Source: Octopus sinensis
Lineage: Eukaryota
Assembly: GCF_006345805.1 (NCBI RefSeq)
Contig: NW_021831977.1
Location: 1-33,724, forward strand
Direction: 5' to 3'
DNA length: 33,724 nucleotides
The notes beneath the pieces were generated by a model. The model was not told the DNA's origin and made no database searches. It saw nothing but the letters and a program-made list of their open reading frames with translations. Numbering within the stretch: position 1 is the stretch's first letter; every line of letters starts with the position of its first letter. Positions 12,386 through 25,461 of this stretch are shown piece by piece. Made by a program: the position numbers and the translations under genes.

Positions 12386-12891
12386 AACTGCGATTATTCA
12401 TAATAATATTACATTTTGGTTCCTTCCATTGATCTCCATCGGGTGCAATGCCTGACGTATAACATACCCTCTGATTTATATTTGCGTGTCTCTGTTTCAT
12501 CTCTATGAAAGGTTAAAAAATAAAAGATACTTGGTTGAAATATAAACTTAGAAAGTAAACAGCGAATTCCGGTGAAATATTTTGTCGTATAGTCTGACCA
12601 AATTTGTCCAATTATATAAGTTTTGTTATACAAGTGCTGATAATTCTGTTTAAATAACAGATAGAAGATAAAGCAAAGATTATCGTGATATGAATTTAGG
12701 ATTATGAGATACATGGTTATTGCCGGTGTCTCGGCACCATATTTAAAATGCATTCACGTAAATTAACAAGAAACTTACTTTAGGTTGGCTTCGCTGGCCG
12801 CAATATCGGTGTCCTTCTCAATAATATTGTTTTTTTTTTAAGTACAATAAATTTGTACTCTACAAAGGTATAGAGTAACTCGTCAGATTAA

Positions 12892-13327
12892 TCTATACAT
12901 ATAAAGCTGAAGTTGTCTATGTGTGTGTGTGTGGCAGGTTTGGTAGCCTTCAACTAACACTATCTCCTCCAAGAACCTACGGCGTAACTTGACCAAATTT
13001 GAGAGTATGATAGAAGAAGGCTTGCTCTTCCTTCTGTAGAAGAAAAAATTCAAATCGAACCATGTTAAGACCAACAACTATTTACATCAAAAAGGTGCAT
13101 TTTTTCTATGAAAATCCCTATTTTTTAAGGATTTTTTGACTGCTGTGTCGCCATTTTTCGGTGTATTTCAACCAAAAAAAATGTTCACTTAAGCTACACA
13201 ATGCAAAATTTTTACTTTTCAAAAAAAGCTTGAAACTATGTCAAAACTTTGTTAACGCGACATCAAAGTCTGCCATTTTAAGCGCAACTAAAAAACAAAC
13301 CCGAGCAATACCGGGCTATACTGCTAG
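12892..13327 (+). mobile_element. Non-autonomous Helitron H1 (436 bp)
   Basis: A|TC start (TCTATACATATAAAGCTGAAGTTGT), 3' hairpin CCCG-AGCAATAC-CGGG, end CTGCTAG|T, no TSD. Termini shared with H2. Confidence 0.85.
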
Positions 13328-13540
13328 TGTAAAATTATTTTAATTTTAACAGAACATAAGCACACACATACAAACACACACAAACACACGCACACATTCT
13401 CTCTTTCATTCTAGCACTGTACGACTTCCAGTCCTCAAATGGTTGGATCATTATAACGTTCACTACCACTGTATGATTACTATACCAGCACAGACACAAC
13501 AATCAACACAGTCTACACGTACTCACAACCTTCTGACCTG

Positions 13541-13774
13541 CTAACGTCTAACGTTGCCCTTTTGAAGCCTAGCCAGACACATGGGCCCGGTTTCTGTGAC
13601 GCCAGTCCATCGCAGCGTTACTCAAGAAACAGGAAGAGTACAGCAGGGGTCGCCACCACCCCCTGCCGGAACCTCGTGAAGCTTTTAGGTGTTTTCGCTC
13701 AATAAACACACACAACAACCGGTCTGGGAATCGAAACCGCGATCCTCCGACCACTGGGCCATTGTGCCTCCACA
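13541..13774 (-). mobile_element. Chimeric SINE (SINE-C head/body, SINE-D-like 3' end)
   Basis: Head GTGGAGGCACAATGGCCCAGTGG..GGTTTCGATTCC as in SINE-C. 3' CTGCGATGGACTGGCGTC..GAAACCGGGCCC as in SINE-D. TSD TTCTGACCTG at 13531-13540 and 13775-13784. Confidence 0.8.
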
Positions 13775-14011
13775 TTCTGACCTGTTGCTGGTCTATTTAT
13801 AATGGCTGGCTACTACCACTTTTTACAGGAGGGGTGTAGTTTCACTATACAATAGTAATACAACTTGATATAATTAAATAAATAAGCTAATCTTACATAT
13901 ATATTAAATGTTTGAAATACGATATGCTCACGTTAGAATTATGTATACTAATGTAAAATATCCTTTATTTCTATTTCTATTAACTGAAATACTAATAAAT
14001 AATAAATTATT

Positions 14012-14052
<41 letters not shown>

Positions 14053-14056
14053 GCAT

Positions 14057-14103
<47 letters not shown>

Positions 14104-14413
14104 TATATCTAGAAACGACCATTTGATATGAATATAAGTAATTATATGTATATATTTCTAAAAATTAAATATATTGAATCTTAATATCTATAATACAGTA
14201 GTGTATTTACCTACTCAGATATTTACAGATATATCTGGTCTTTTATTTAATAATGATATTAAACAAATATTTAATGATTTTTAGATGAGATACCTAAATC
14301 TGATATTAACCAATGTATCTAGTTATCTACTTAATAACAGTAAAGAAAGATTTACTAGTTCCTAGAGAATATATCTAATCTATTATTTATCTACAATAAT
14401 AACTGAGGAATCT

Positions 14414-15231
14414 TTAATGATATTTGGAAAATAGATATTTAGGTGCATGTAAACAGGCCGAAACGTTTTCAACCCTCTCATACAATAATTGGTGTTTAGA
14501 AAATAGAATACTGTAGCATTCATTTGCACAGAGGCAACATTTTGTAAAACTTAAAATTTTCCATCTAACCTTAAAACTAATATTGCTATATTTTAATCTC
14601 CAGATGAATTTGCTAAGGCTTGTGTTATTGCGTTTGAAGCGATTTCTGAAAAGCACTCTCGTGATTAGCAATACTAGTTTTCACAAAATATTCTGTTGAT
14701 CTGATATAGAAGTGAGTTTTACCTTCTGCGTCTATGATAGCTTGGTATACCAGATTCTTACGCTTGCAATAATTATTAAATTTGCATTTTTCTTTAACCT
14801 TACAATCACAAAATTTATTTAGATTATCTTTGGTATTAACTAAAAGATGAGGTTTATTGACGGTTATTTCCCCTTGACCGTTAAAACTATAATTTTCATA
14901 ATTACTCCTGCTAGATGTATTATGTATGCTGTTTCTTGGAGAAATATTAGTTTTACGATTCTCGTAAAAATAATCAATTTTTTTTTACTATTAATTGAAG
15001 ATGTATATCTAAATAAAATTTTAGTTATTGAAAGCCAAATCTTATAAATTTATTTTTAATAATATCATGTATTTTATTAGAAGTGAATTGTTTATTTATT
15101 AGTCTTTGCATAACTTTAATTAAATTCGTTTTTATTTGTTTAGCAAGATTAGCCAGATAATATTATCAACTACTTTATTATTAGTATAATAATTCCCTGT
15201 GTTTATATTGGTGGGTTTTATACAAGATATA

Positions 15232-15324
<93 letters not shown>

Positions 15325-15500
15325 AAATCATCATCAGATTTCAAGTTATTAATTTTGTCAATAACAACATAATTTTTATATTTCTTATTTCTATCATAAT
15401 TCGTGCTTCTTTCATTAGGTTTAATGTGTAATGTGTATAAGTTTACTTCTTTGTTATCGCAATATGGCTGTACATTAGTATTTTGGTCTGTTTTACCCAT
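14414..15500 (-). pseudogene. Penelope-like element relic: RT-EN linker plus GIY-YIG endonuclease
   Basis: Across frameshifts: DNIIW..IKTNLIKVMQRLINKQF; FCDCKVKEKCKFNNYCKRKNLVYQAII..FYIRSTE (decayed VY/YIG); NHESAF; SLSKFIWRLK..WKIL..CCLCANE..LLYERVENVSACLH. Confidence 0.85.
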
Positions 15501-15576
15501 TTTACTCTGTTTTGATTTAGTTTATTCTTTCTCAGTATACTTCTACTGTGTATCCTATGATCTATTTCTTCTTGAT

Positions 15577-15615
<39 letters not shown>

Positions 15616-15639
15616 ATATATATAATATATATATATAGG

Positions 15640-15815
15640 GAGAATTCACGAAAAAACAAAAGACGAAGACAGGTGGTGTAGAAAACAAACAGATGTATTA
15701 GTATAACGCTCAGGAATTGAAAAAGTATTTTACGTTTCGAGCCTATGCTCTTCTACAGAAAGGAACACAGAAAGAAACAAGGAGAGAAAAATGTGTGTAG
15801 TGGCTACCGATCTAT
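15640..15815 (-). mobile_element. Penelope-type terminal/UTR repeat ending in (TA)n
   Basis: Minus strand GAGCATAGGCTCGAAACGTAAAA..GAGCGTTA..TGTCTTCGTCTTTTGT. Homologous to 18490-18615 (+). Confidence 0.55.
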
Positions 15816-17027
15816 ACACACACATTAGTAGAAATACCTGTCATTGACTGTGTTGAAAAAAGCTGCCAAAATTGTAATATGAATATTGAAAGCTATTATT
15901 GAGCATATATAAGAAATTATTGTTAACTTCCTTGTAGACGATAGAGCTGTTTTCTTCTGGCCAATATTATGATAGGTGCATATAAACTCTTGATCTATGA
16001 TCTATAGTATTTCAGTCTATAAATGAAGCAAACCTCGCAGAGAATTTGGCTTATGTGTAGGATAAGGTAAGTAAATAAAGTTGGGGGAAAACTAAAAATA
16101 TATGTACTATATTTATTGAAGTTAAATATTACAATAGACAAAAATACAAATGTCCTTTCTTAGACGATATAAATTCAAAGTTATTAATCATCCTACAAAT
16201 TTATTTTGTTGATCCCATGGTGTAAATTTCCTTATAGACAATGTTTCAGGTTTTACTTGTAGGGGCCAAAATGAAAAGATTGTTCTTGCTCCCCATTCTG
16301 GATGTCCCCGCATATAACTGACCGTGTAGGAAACAGTCTTCCTCTAATTGCAAACCAGCAACTTTCAAAGTATGACCTTGTGACTTATTAATAGACATCG
16401 CAAAAGACAGACGTATTGGAAATTGAAGTCATTTGAACTCGAAGAGCATATTGGAAGGTGCTAAAGGGAAGCGAAGAATAAAAGCATCTTCACCTTTTCC
16501 TTTTCCGCAGCTAGAAATTATCGTGGCCTGTGCGACATTTCTCATTTATTTCTTGACAAGTCTTGTGTCATTGCACAGCTTTGGTTGAGAAAGGTTACGC
16601 AGAAGTATGATAGGAGCGCCTATTTTCAATTGAAAGCAATAAGGCGGAGCTCCTGGTAACTGCAGTGAGTTTAAGACCTCAAACAGGTAATTGACTTTTT
16701 CCGATTCATTCACAACAGAGTCTATAGATTTGTAAGTACGTTCGTTTCCTGGTAAAAGTTTCTCGAGTCTTTCATTTAAGTTATTCACAGTAACGTTCTT
16801 AGGTGCCACGATTGCTCTTTTGTACAAGCAAGCAGCATTTATGTGATTTGAAATTATACGTAGAGAAACTTTTTCAATAAGTTCCTCAACCGAGCTGACC
16901 AAGGTGCCGATTTTTGATGGATTCAAGTCACCGTCATGATTAATGTCTAGCTTTCCTTCGCCATGTTGCAAAATAGTATGGAAAAATTGTTCCGCCAGGT
17001 GATTCACATGCAAATCGCCCCCGTATT

Positions 17028-17436
17028 AGGCGCAGGAGTGGCTGTGTGGTAAGTAGCTTGCTAATCAACCACATGGTTTCGGGTGCAGTTCCACTGCGTG
17101 GCACCTTGGGCAAGTGTCTTCTACTATAGCCCCGGGCCGACCAAAGCCTTGTGAGTGGATTTGGTAGATGGAAACTGAAAGAAGCCCGTCGTATATATGT
17201 ATATATATATATGCGTGTGTGTGTCTGTGTTTGTCCCCCTAGCATTGCTTGACAACCGATGCTGGTGTGTTTATGTCCCCGTTACTTAGCGGTTCGGCAA
17301 AAGAGACCGATAGAATAAGTACTGGGCTTCCAAAAGAATAAGTCCCGGGGTCGAGTTGCTCGATTAAAGGCGGTGCTCCAGCATGGCCGCAGTCAAATGA
17401 CTGAAACAAGTAAAGGAGTAAAGGAGTAAAGGAGTA
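17028..17436 (+). mobile_element. SINE-B, young full-length copy inserted in the Helitron helicase
   Basis: Complete head to (AAAGGAGT)n tail. Splits the helicase at KLST|NT; only a ~4-bp GTAT overlap and no long TSD. Confidence 0.93.
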
Positions 17437-18172
17437 TCTGTAGAAAGTTTTAAAACTTTGATATGTTTCCATAAAATAGAAGATTTCAAACATGTTTTCA
17501 ATCCATCCGCCTTTGTTCCCCTGGGAATCACTGGTAAAGTTTGTCTGAAATCACCTGAAAGTACTACTATCGCACCTCGCATCAAACAATTGGAATTGCG
17601 CAACTCCTGCAGAATTCTGTTAAAAGCTTCGACTGATATTCTATGGAACATTATAGCTTTGTCCCATATGATCAAAGAAAATTTCATGAGAACATGAGGT
17701 AAAGAACTTTTACTAACATGCAGACAGGTTCAACATTTGAAGTTAGATTGAATGGCAGCTTGAATGCTGCGCGAGCTGTTCGACCTCCTGGGAGTAAAGT
17801 CGCAGAAATTCCAGCGCACATCACAGCTAAGGCTATTTCCTTTTTCTGCCAGACTTTGGCTAACACTAAATTTGAAACAAAAGTTTTTCAAGTTCCTCCT
17901 GGTGCGTCTAGAAAATATATTCCTCCTCTCTTATGAGTCACTTGGTCAATAATTGTTGTATATACAAGTTATTGGTCTAGCAAAAGTTTCGGGACATTTT
18001 GTTCAAGGAATTTTGTTAATGAATCAATATTATAAGAATTTTTTCGCAAAACTTCTGTGATGAAATTATTCACCTCATTTCAATGAGTTCCAGGTAAGCC
18101 AAAATTTCTGAGCTCCTCCTCTCCCATTGAGACAATGCGATCTTCAATATCAACCAATACAGAATGATATAT

Positions 18173-18354
18173 ATTTCTTTACTACCCATAAGGGGCCAAA
18201 CACAGAGGGGACAAACAAGGACAGACAAAGGGATTAAGTCGATTACATCGACTCCAGTGCGTAACTGGTACTTTATTTATCGACCCCGAAAGGATGGAAG
18301 GCAAAGTCGACCTCGGCGGAATTTGAACTCAGAACGTAACGGCAGACGAAATAC
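18173..18354 (-). mobile_element. SINE-A, 5'-truncated, with TSD
   Basis: Minus strand GTATTTCGTCTGCC..GGGTAGTAAAGAAAT. Flanking direct repeat AATACAGAATGATATAT at 18156-18172 and 18350-18366, of which 5 nt overlap the SINE end. Confidence 0.92.
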
Positions 18355-18489
18355 AGAATGATATATCAACGTTGAATGCTATTTCCCTCTCAGGGAATCT
18401 ACATTTTTTGCATGAGATTTGTAATCTTCTGATAAATCATTTTTATATTTGTACCACAACATTAATGGATTACTTACTTTACAATTCAC

Positions 18490-18615
18490 ACACTTTTTTT
18501 AGTGTTGAATGGCGTAGACTCGAAACGTCAAAGGCTTTTCCATTCTTACCGAGCGTTAAGCAAATATACCCGTTGTTGACCCTTCTCTTGTCTTCGTCTT
18601 TTGTAAATTTGAACT
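18490..18615 (+). mobile_element. Penelope-type terminal/UTR repeat ending in (TA)n
   Basis: GGCGTAGACTCGAAACGTCAAAGG..GAGCGTTA..TGTCTTCGTCTTTTGT. Same family as 15640-15815. Confidence 0.55.
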
Positions 18616-18701
18616 ATATATATACATACATACTTGCATACATACACATATATATACATACATACTTGCATACATACACATCTATAAATAGGTATATATA
18701 T

Positions 18702-18747
<46 letters not shown>

Positions 18748-18911
18748 GGATGGATGGATGGATGGATGGATGGATGGATGGATGGATGGATGGATGGATG
18801 GATAGATAGATAGATGATGGATGGATGGATGGATGGATGGATGGATGGATAAATAGATAGATAGATAGATAGATAGATGGATGGATGGATGGATGGATGG
18901 ATGGATGGATG

Positions 18912-18942
<31 letters not shown>

Positions 18943-18990
18943 GTATGGATGGATGGATGGATGGATGGATGGATAGATAGATAGATAGAC

Positions 18991-19019
<29 letters not shown>
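18702..19019. repeat. Alternating (GATA)n/(GGAT)n microsatellite
   Basis: Read directly from the sequence. Confidence 0.95.
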
Positions 19020-19021
<2 letters not shown>

Positions 19022-19511
19022 GCAACAATAAAAATTTATATATTAAACATTAGTCAACAATATAACTATAATTAACCCTAGAACTGAAGACAGCATTTCG
19101 CTCGAATATACTAAAGCTAAACAAACAAGAAAAAAATAATATCAATAAATATATTGTATTTACACGTTGATATTTACAGCTATGAGACGTAATTAAAAGA
19201 CGTTTTAATAATTATTTGTGAAAATAATTAATTAATTAATTGTAATCACTGGTGTAGATGTCTTTTTATCTGATTCTGCAAACTTAACATTAATTTTGCC
19301 ACATCTTGTATTTCATCCTAGTTGAAATACTACCCTCTCATTATTGGCATCAACATTCCCCCTGCAGCATGCAATTGAAAGAGAAATGACTCGTAGAATG
19401 TTCTCTTAAATTCTAACACATTTTGACTATCTGCAAGATACTAATTATAAACAGATTTATGGTAATTGTAACGACACCAATATTAGAAAGGTCGCTCATT
19501 TAGAATGATCT

Positions 19512-20829
<1,318 letters not shown>

Positions 20830-20964
20830 AAAGGAAACCTAAATTCAATTCCAACATTCATGCAAAAATTTAAGAACCACTCCCACTCCATCCCGCCCTA
20901 CAACATTATATCTTTCTTTCCTTTTCGCTATCTCCTCGTCGATGCATGCATATCTTAAATAATA

Positions 20965-21150
20965 GTTTCTGATTTAGGTACAAGGTCATCAATTTCGAAG
21001 GAAGGGGATTACTTGATATATCGTACTTGATAGACCGCTTAATTTTATCGACATTGAAAGAGGAAATACAAAGTTAACCTCCGGGGGAGGATTTTGAAAT
21101 TGAACTCAAAACGTAACGAATCGGAACGTAACGAGTTTGCCAATCCACTG
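20965..21150 (-). mobile_element. Old SINE-A variant (tail ..CCTTGTACCTAAATCAGAAA)
   Basis: Degenerate TTTTATCGAC..AAAGTTAACCTC..TGAACTC matches the SINE-A central domain and B-box in reverse complement. Confidence 0.6.
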
Positions 21151-22984
21151 CCCTAATAATATTTTTAATGAAGCTAATTAGTTCACAGAACAGTTGAGGT
21201 GACCTTATTAATGCATTTGTTTTCATTTCGATTTCAAGCCCTGTCAGGTTAAACATTGCTTTCATCATTATTTAATTTGGTCGAATAAATTCAATAATAA
21301 ATTAGATTGACCTATTTCGCTAAAGTTCCAAGGTGTATTGGCCTTTTTCCTAGTCTAAAGGAATGAATAATTTACTTATTTTATCTCTTGGCGAACTGAT
21401 ATTCTCATCAGTTTTAAAGCGTCACTTCTGTATTGAGTCCAAATAGCCACACCCAACTCAGTTCACCTTTGCTTTTCTCCTGGAGGTCGACAAAATAAAG
21501 AACCTGACAGGGCGATACATCTGCGAAGGTACTAGATCGTCAGACGAGATGACTTATGGGGATATTTGTTTTGGTTCTGTGCGTTTTGAGTTTGTGCATA
21601 CTAGACTAAACCTATTCTTTGATTTAATGCTACAACCTGGTTCTTGAGTACTTTTAGCGGAAATAACTCTGTTGCAAATATCCACGATTGGTCTCTGGCT
21701 AGAAGACAACTTTCTTGATTTGTAAAAACTTGTCTCTGAGGCCCCGAGGAAAAAAAAGTTACAGGAATTGTCCTTTCTTCCCTGGTTAAACATTAAGATA
21801 TATTCCATTTCGTCTAAGGATTTTTGTGCCCGGTTAAATGAATAAGTCTATGATAAACTTTACATAACACGAAATAAGCAGATGGTAAGTTACTGCTTCT
21901 CCCTCGCTAATAATGAGTTTTTACCTAACCTGCCAGTTATTTGCGACACTAGTGATTTGTTAATCACTGTTTTTCCATATCAGTTGAGGAGAAATTTGTC
22001 TAAGCATGCAGTTGATATTGGACACTTGCTACTGATAACGCGTAATGATGCAGAAATCCAAATTAGCAATTTCACTGCCATTGACGGACGCTTTTCATCT
22101 GATTCTAATACAATTCTGTACTCTTTAGTACTATACAGCTGTGAGAGATGCTTTCTCAAGACGATTACTGTTGTATTATGACTCACACACAGAATATCTG
22201 CATTGAGTAGGATATACAGAATGCCATTCTGAACTAATACTGCTTCTGTTACTTTGATTCCGTGTCAAATGTACGTTATAGCAATGGTGTCGCTAATGCT
22301 TGTAAATAAAATAATCAATGTTATAGCCACCATTTTTATTCCCTACGAATAGTTTACTTTGACCCGAATGAAAAAGAAAATCTATATCTTAATTATATGT
22401 GAGGCAATTAATTCCTCTTCAGTAACGCCGAAAGAATGAAAGAACTTTATACAGATCCTCCTCCTTGATACATGACATCTAGAAAATAATATAGTAAGGG
22501 TCATTGCTGTCAAGTCTTTGATGATAGATATGCACGCGCCGTGCTAATCCTAGTCTACTGTCTGACAAGAAGTACAGCGATAACGAAGAAAAATGGCGAC
22601 GATGACGATGACGACGACGATAATGACGTTGACTAAAACCCACTATTTTTATTGACTACTCAAAGCAAATCATTGTTTATCTGTATAGCAAGAGAGACAA
22701 GTTCGGATAACAGTTTGAGCAGCTGAAACATGTCTTGTAGTATTTCTTCTGGTACTTTCGTTGCGAGTTCAAATACCACCAAGGTTAAATTTGCTCTTCA
22801 TCTCTTCGAGTTCGATGAAATAAAATACCAGTTAGATATTGGGGTGGAGGGCATCCTCATAATTCTGAGTTGAAAGAATAAAAGGAAAAGTCAACGTCGG
22901 CGGAATTTGAATTCTTTACTCAAACGTGTAAAGAGGCTGGAACAAATGCTGGCAGGATATGCTGCCAGACGCTGTAATGATTCT

Positions 22985-23610
22985 TATTTCTTTACTAGCA
23001 GTATCGCCCGGCGTTGCTCGGGTTTGTAAGGGAAATAACTATATAAGCATTTTTAGAGATGTAAAGTATAATAGCCATCTCAATATGGCTAACCACAAAG
23101 GGGGGGGGGATTACTGTAGCTTTTTACGTTCTGAGATTTAATAATACATTTTTAGAGAGTTACATCCCTTATATAATAGCAAAAAATGCATTAAAAATGG
23201 GAAAAATGATGGTAAATTATTTTTTAAATCGTAGACTCATCGTAGACGCGCGCTAATACCCAGAAGAGCTCGATATGAATCACGACTATAAGATACCCGC
23301 TTTTGGTTACACTGCACCGCAAAATGTGGGAGTAGTTAGGAATCTAAATCGTAGGAGACAGACACACAACTTCACTTTTATATATAAAGATTACCCACAA
23401 GGGGCTAAACATAGAGGGAACAAACAAGGACAGACATAGGGAATAAGTCGATTACATCGACCCCAGTGTTTCAGTGGTACTTAATTTATCGACCCCGAAA
23501 GGCAAAGTCGACCTCGGCGGAATTTTCAACTCGGAACGTAGCGGCAGACGAAATTCCGCTAAGCATATCGCCCGGCGTGCTAACGATTCTGCCAACTGAA
23601 CGCCTTAGAG
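22985..23610 (-). mobile_element. Full-length SINE-A with 14-bp TSD, tail split by Helitron H2, itself inside an older SINE-A
   Basis: Head at 23604, tail ..GTGGGTAA|TAAAGAAATAA across the Helitron. TSD GCTGTAATGATTCT at 22971-22984 and 23611-23624. Confidence 0.88.
22995..23390 (-). mobile_element. Non-autonomous Helitron H2 (396 bp)
   Basis: Minus strand A|TCTTTATATATAAAAGTGAAGTTGT ... ACAAACCCGAGCAACGCCGGGCGATACTGCTAG|T. Excising it restores the SINE-A tail exactly. Confidence 0.92.
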
Positions 23611-23883
23611 GCTGTAATGATTCTGTCAATCTCCGGCCTCTCCTAGAAAGATATATATATATATATAATAGTGTAACAAAGAAGCACTGGTTCTATATTG
23701 ATGGGACAGGTTGTACGTTTGCCACCCAGCAAGTTGTGTTTCTAGATGGTTCAGCCCATTGGAAATAGAAACCTTACTTTCTAAATCGTAGCATGATATA
23801 ACCCGGTGAGTAACACTCTAAGCCATCGAACTATTTACAAGATACAGCAACGAAATTAGAACCAATATCTAAAATAAAAAAGA

Positions 23884-24305
23884 AGGCGCAGGAGTGGCTG
23901 TGTGGTAAATAGCTTGCTTACCAACCACATGGTTCTGGGTTCAGTCCCACTGCGTGGCACCTTGGGCAAGTGTCTTCTACTATAGCCTCGGGCCGACCAA
24001 AGCCTTGTGAGTGGATTTGGTAGACGGAAACTGAAAGAAGCCCGTCGTATATATGTATATATATGTATGTGTGTATATGTTTGTGTGTCTGTGTTTGTCC
24101 CCCTAGCATTGCTTGACAACCGATGCTGGTGTGTTTATGTCCCCGTTACTTAGCGGTTCGGCAAAAGAGACCGATAGAATAAGTACTGGGCTTCCAAAAG
24201 AATAAGTCCCGGGGTCGAGTTGCTCGATTAAAAGGCGGTGTTCCAGCATGGCCGCAGTCAAATGACTGAAACAAGTAAAAGAGTAAAAGAGTAAAGAGTA
24301 AAGAG
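23884..24305 (+). mobile_element. SINE-B, young full-length copy
   Basis: Nearly identical to 17028-17436, including the shared variant GGGCTTCCAAAAGAATAAG. Confidence 0.93.
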
Positions 24306-24671
24306 AAAGAACACTTGTAGTTTTAGACACATTATGTGAGGGATCGACTTTGATTTGATAGCTACTGAACATTTTTAAACACGAAAATATAAACAACATG
24401 GTGAATGTTTCATACTATTGTAATTTTTGCTTTTAGGGAAAGTAATGATTGATGACTGATTTTCTTCTTTTGAACAACGATGTTTTTATAAATGAATTTC
24501 AGGGAGAAAAAGGAAAGATTCAAAGTAAAAGATTACGTAGTTATTAATTATAAAATAAAGAGAACTGTGTGTTGTCTAAAAAAAGATATTACGTAGTTTA
24601 GATGTCTTTAATAATATTAAGTAAGATGATGAACATGAAGGAGAATACAAAGCAATTGGATTTTAAAATGG

Positions 24672-25055
24672 GGAAGCACTCCGTCGGTTACGACGACGAG
24701 GGTTCCGGTTGATCCGAATCAACGGAACAGCCTGCTCGTGAAATTAACGTGTAAGTGGCTGAGCATTCCACAGTCACGTGTACCCTTAACGTAGTTCTCG
24801 GGGATATTCAGCGTGACACAGAGAGTGACAAGGCCGGCCCCTTGAAGTACAGGTACAACAGAAACAGGAAGTAAGAGTGAGAGAAAGTTGTGGTGAAAGA
24901 GTACAGCAGGGATCACCACCATCCCCTGCCGGAGCATCGTGGAGCTTTAGGTGTTTTCACTTAATAAACACTCACAACGCCCGGTCTGGGAATCGAAACC
25001 GCGATCCTATGACCGCGAGTCCGCTGCCCTAACCACTGGGCCATTGCGCCTCCAC
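24672..25055 (-). mobile_element. SINE-C full-length copy 1
   Basis: Minus-strand head GTGGAGGCGCAATGGCCCAGTGG..GGTTTCGATTCC; 3' end ..AACCGACGGAGTGCTTCC. 12-bp TSD GGATTTTAAAAT at 24658-24669 and 25056-25067. Confidence 0.93.
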
Positions 25056-25461
25056 GGATTTTAAAATATTCAGTAAGAAATCGAAAAAGGGAAATAAACT
25101 AGGATCAGGAACAATAGCTAACGTGACTGAAAAGCATAAAGTTTGTCTGCGGTTTCAGTTCCCGGGTAAAAAACAAACAAAAAAACAATTGCGTTTTATC
25201 TTCACTTTTGGGAGAGCGAGACTTTCAGTGGAAGACTCGCAATCATTATATTTCACATTTTGCTCTTCACTGATAATATGGGACCCTTTCTTGAGAATTG
25301 CAAAACAGAAAACCACACTTGCTTTTCTTATTGTTTAGTTCCACTTGCATCCATCCCGTCTTAAATCTATATTTAAGCCTACAGTGTTCATTATATCATT
25401 TTATCTTTAAGAAGATCAACATGTTTTAAGGAAGACTCGGTTGTCATTTCTAGTGGATCTG

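Larger units (their letters stand above)
16201..18470 (-). pseudogene. Helitron RepHel C-terminal PIF1-family helicase relic, interrupted by two SINEs
   Basis: LWYKYKNDLSED; LVDIEDRIVSMG; GIYFLDAPGGT*KTF (Walker A with GGA>TGA); GISATLLPGGRTA; IIWDKAIM; SGDFRQTLPV; RAIVAPKN; [13 protein letters not shown]; QFPIRLSFAMSINKSQGHTL; HGQLYAGTSR. Many stops and frameshifts. Confidence 0.93.

Noticed and set aside
16006-16073. Apparent exon (TTTCAG..AAG|GTAAGT); similar donor at 21884
   Set aside because: Stops in all three frames; no supporting context.
18546-19028. 160-aa IHPS/IYLS repeat ORF, and similar ORFs at 5980-6632 and 30025-30605
   Set aside because: Microsatellite translations.
21882-22186. 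Overlapping 99-aa and 68-aa ORFs
   Set aside because: No recognisable domain and no consistent splice or start context.
23001-23580. Shared TATCGCCCGGCGT between the Helitron H2 end and the SINE-A head
   Set aside because: A 13-nt match fully explained by each family's own sequence; not a TSD.
24980-25055. tRNA gene calls for SINE heads (also 2390-2460, 13720-13774, 26010-26084)
   Set aside because: A/B boxes are present, but they continue into repeated SINE bodies with TSDs and lack a complete acceptor stem.
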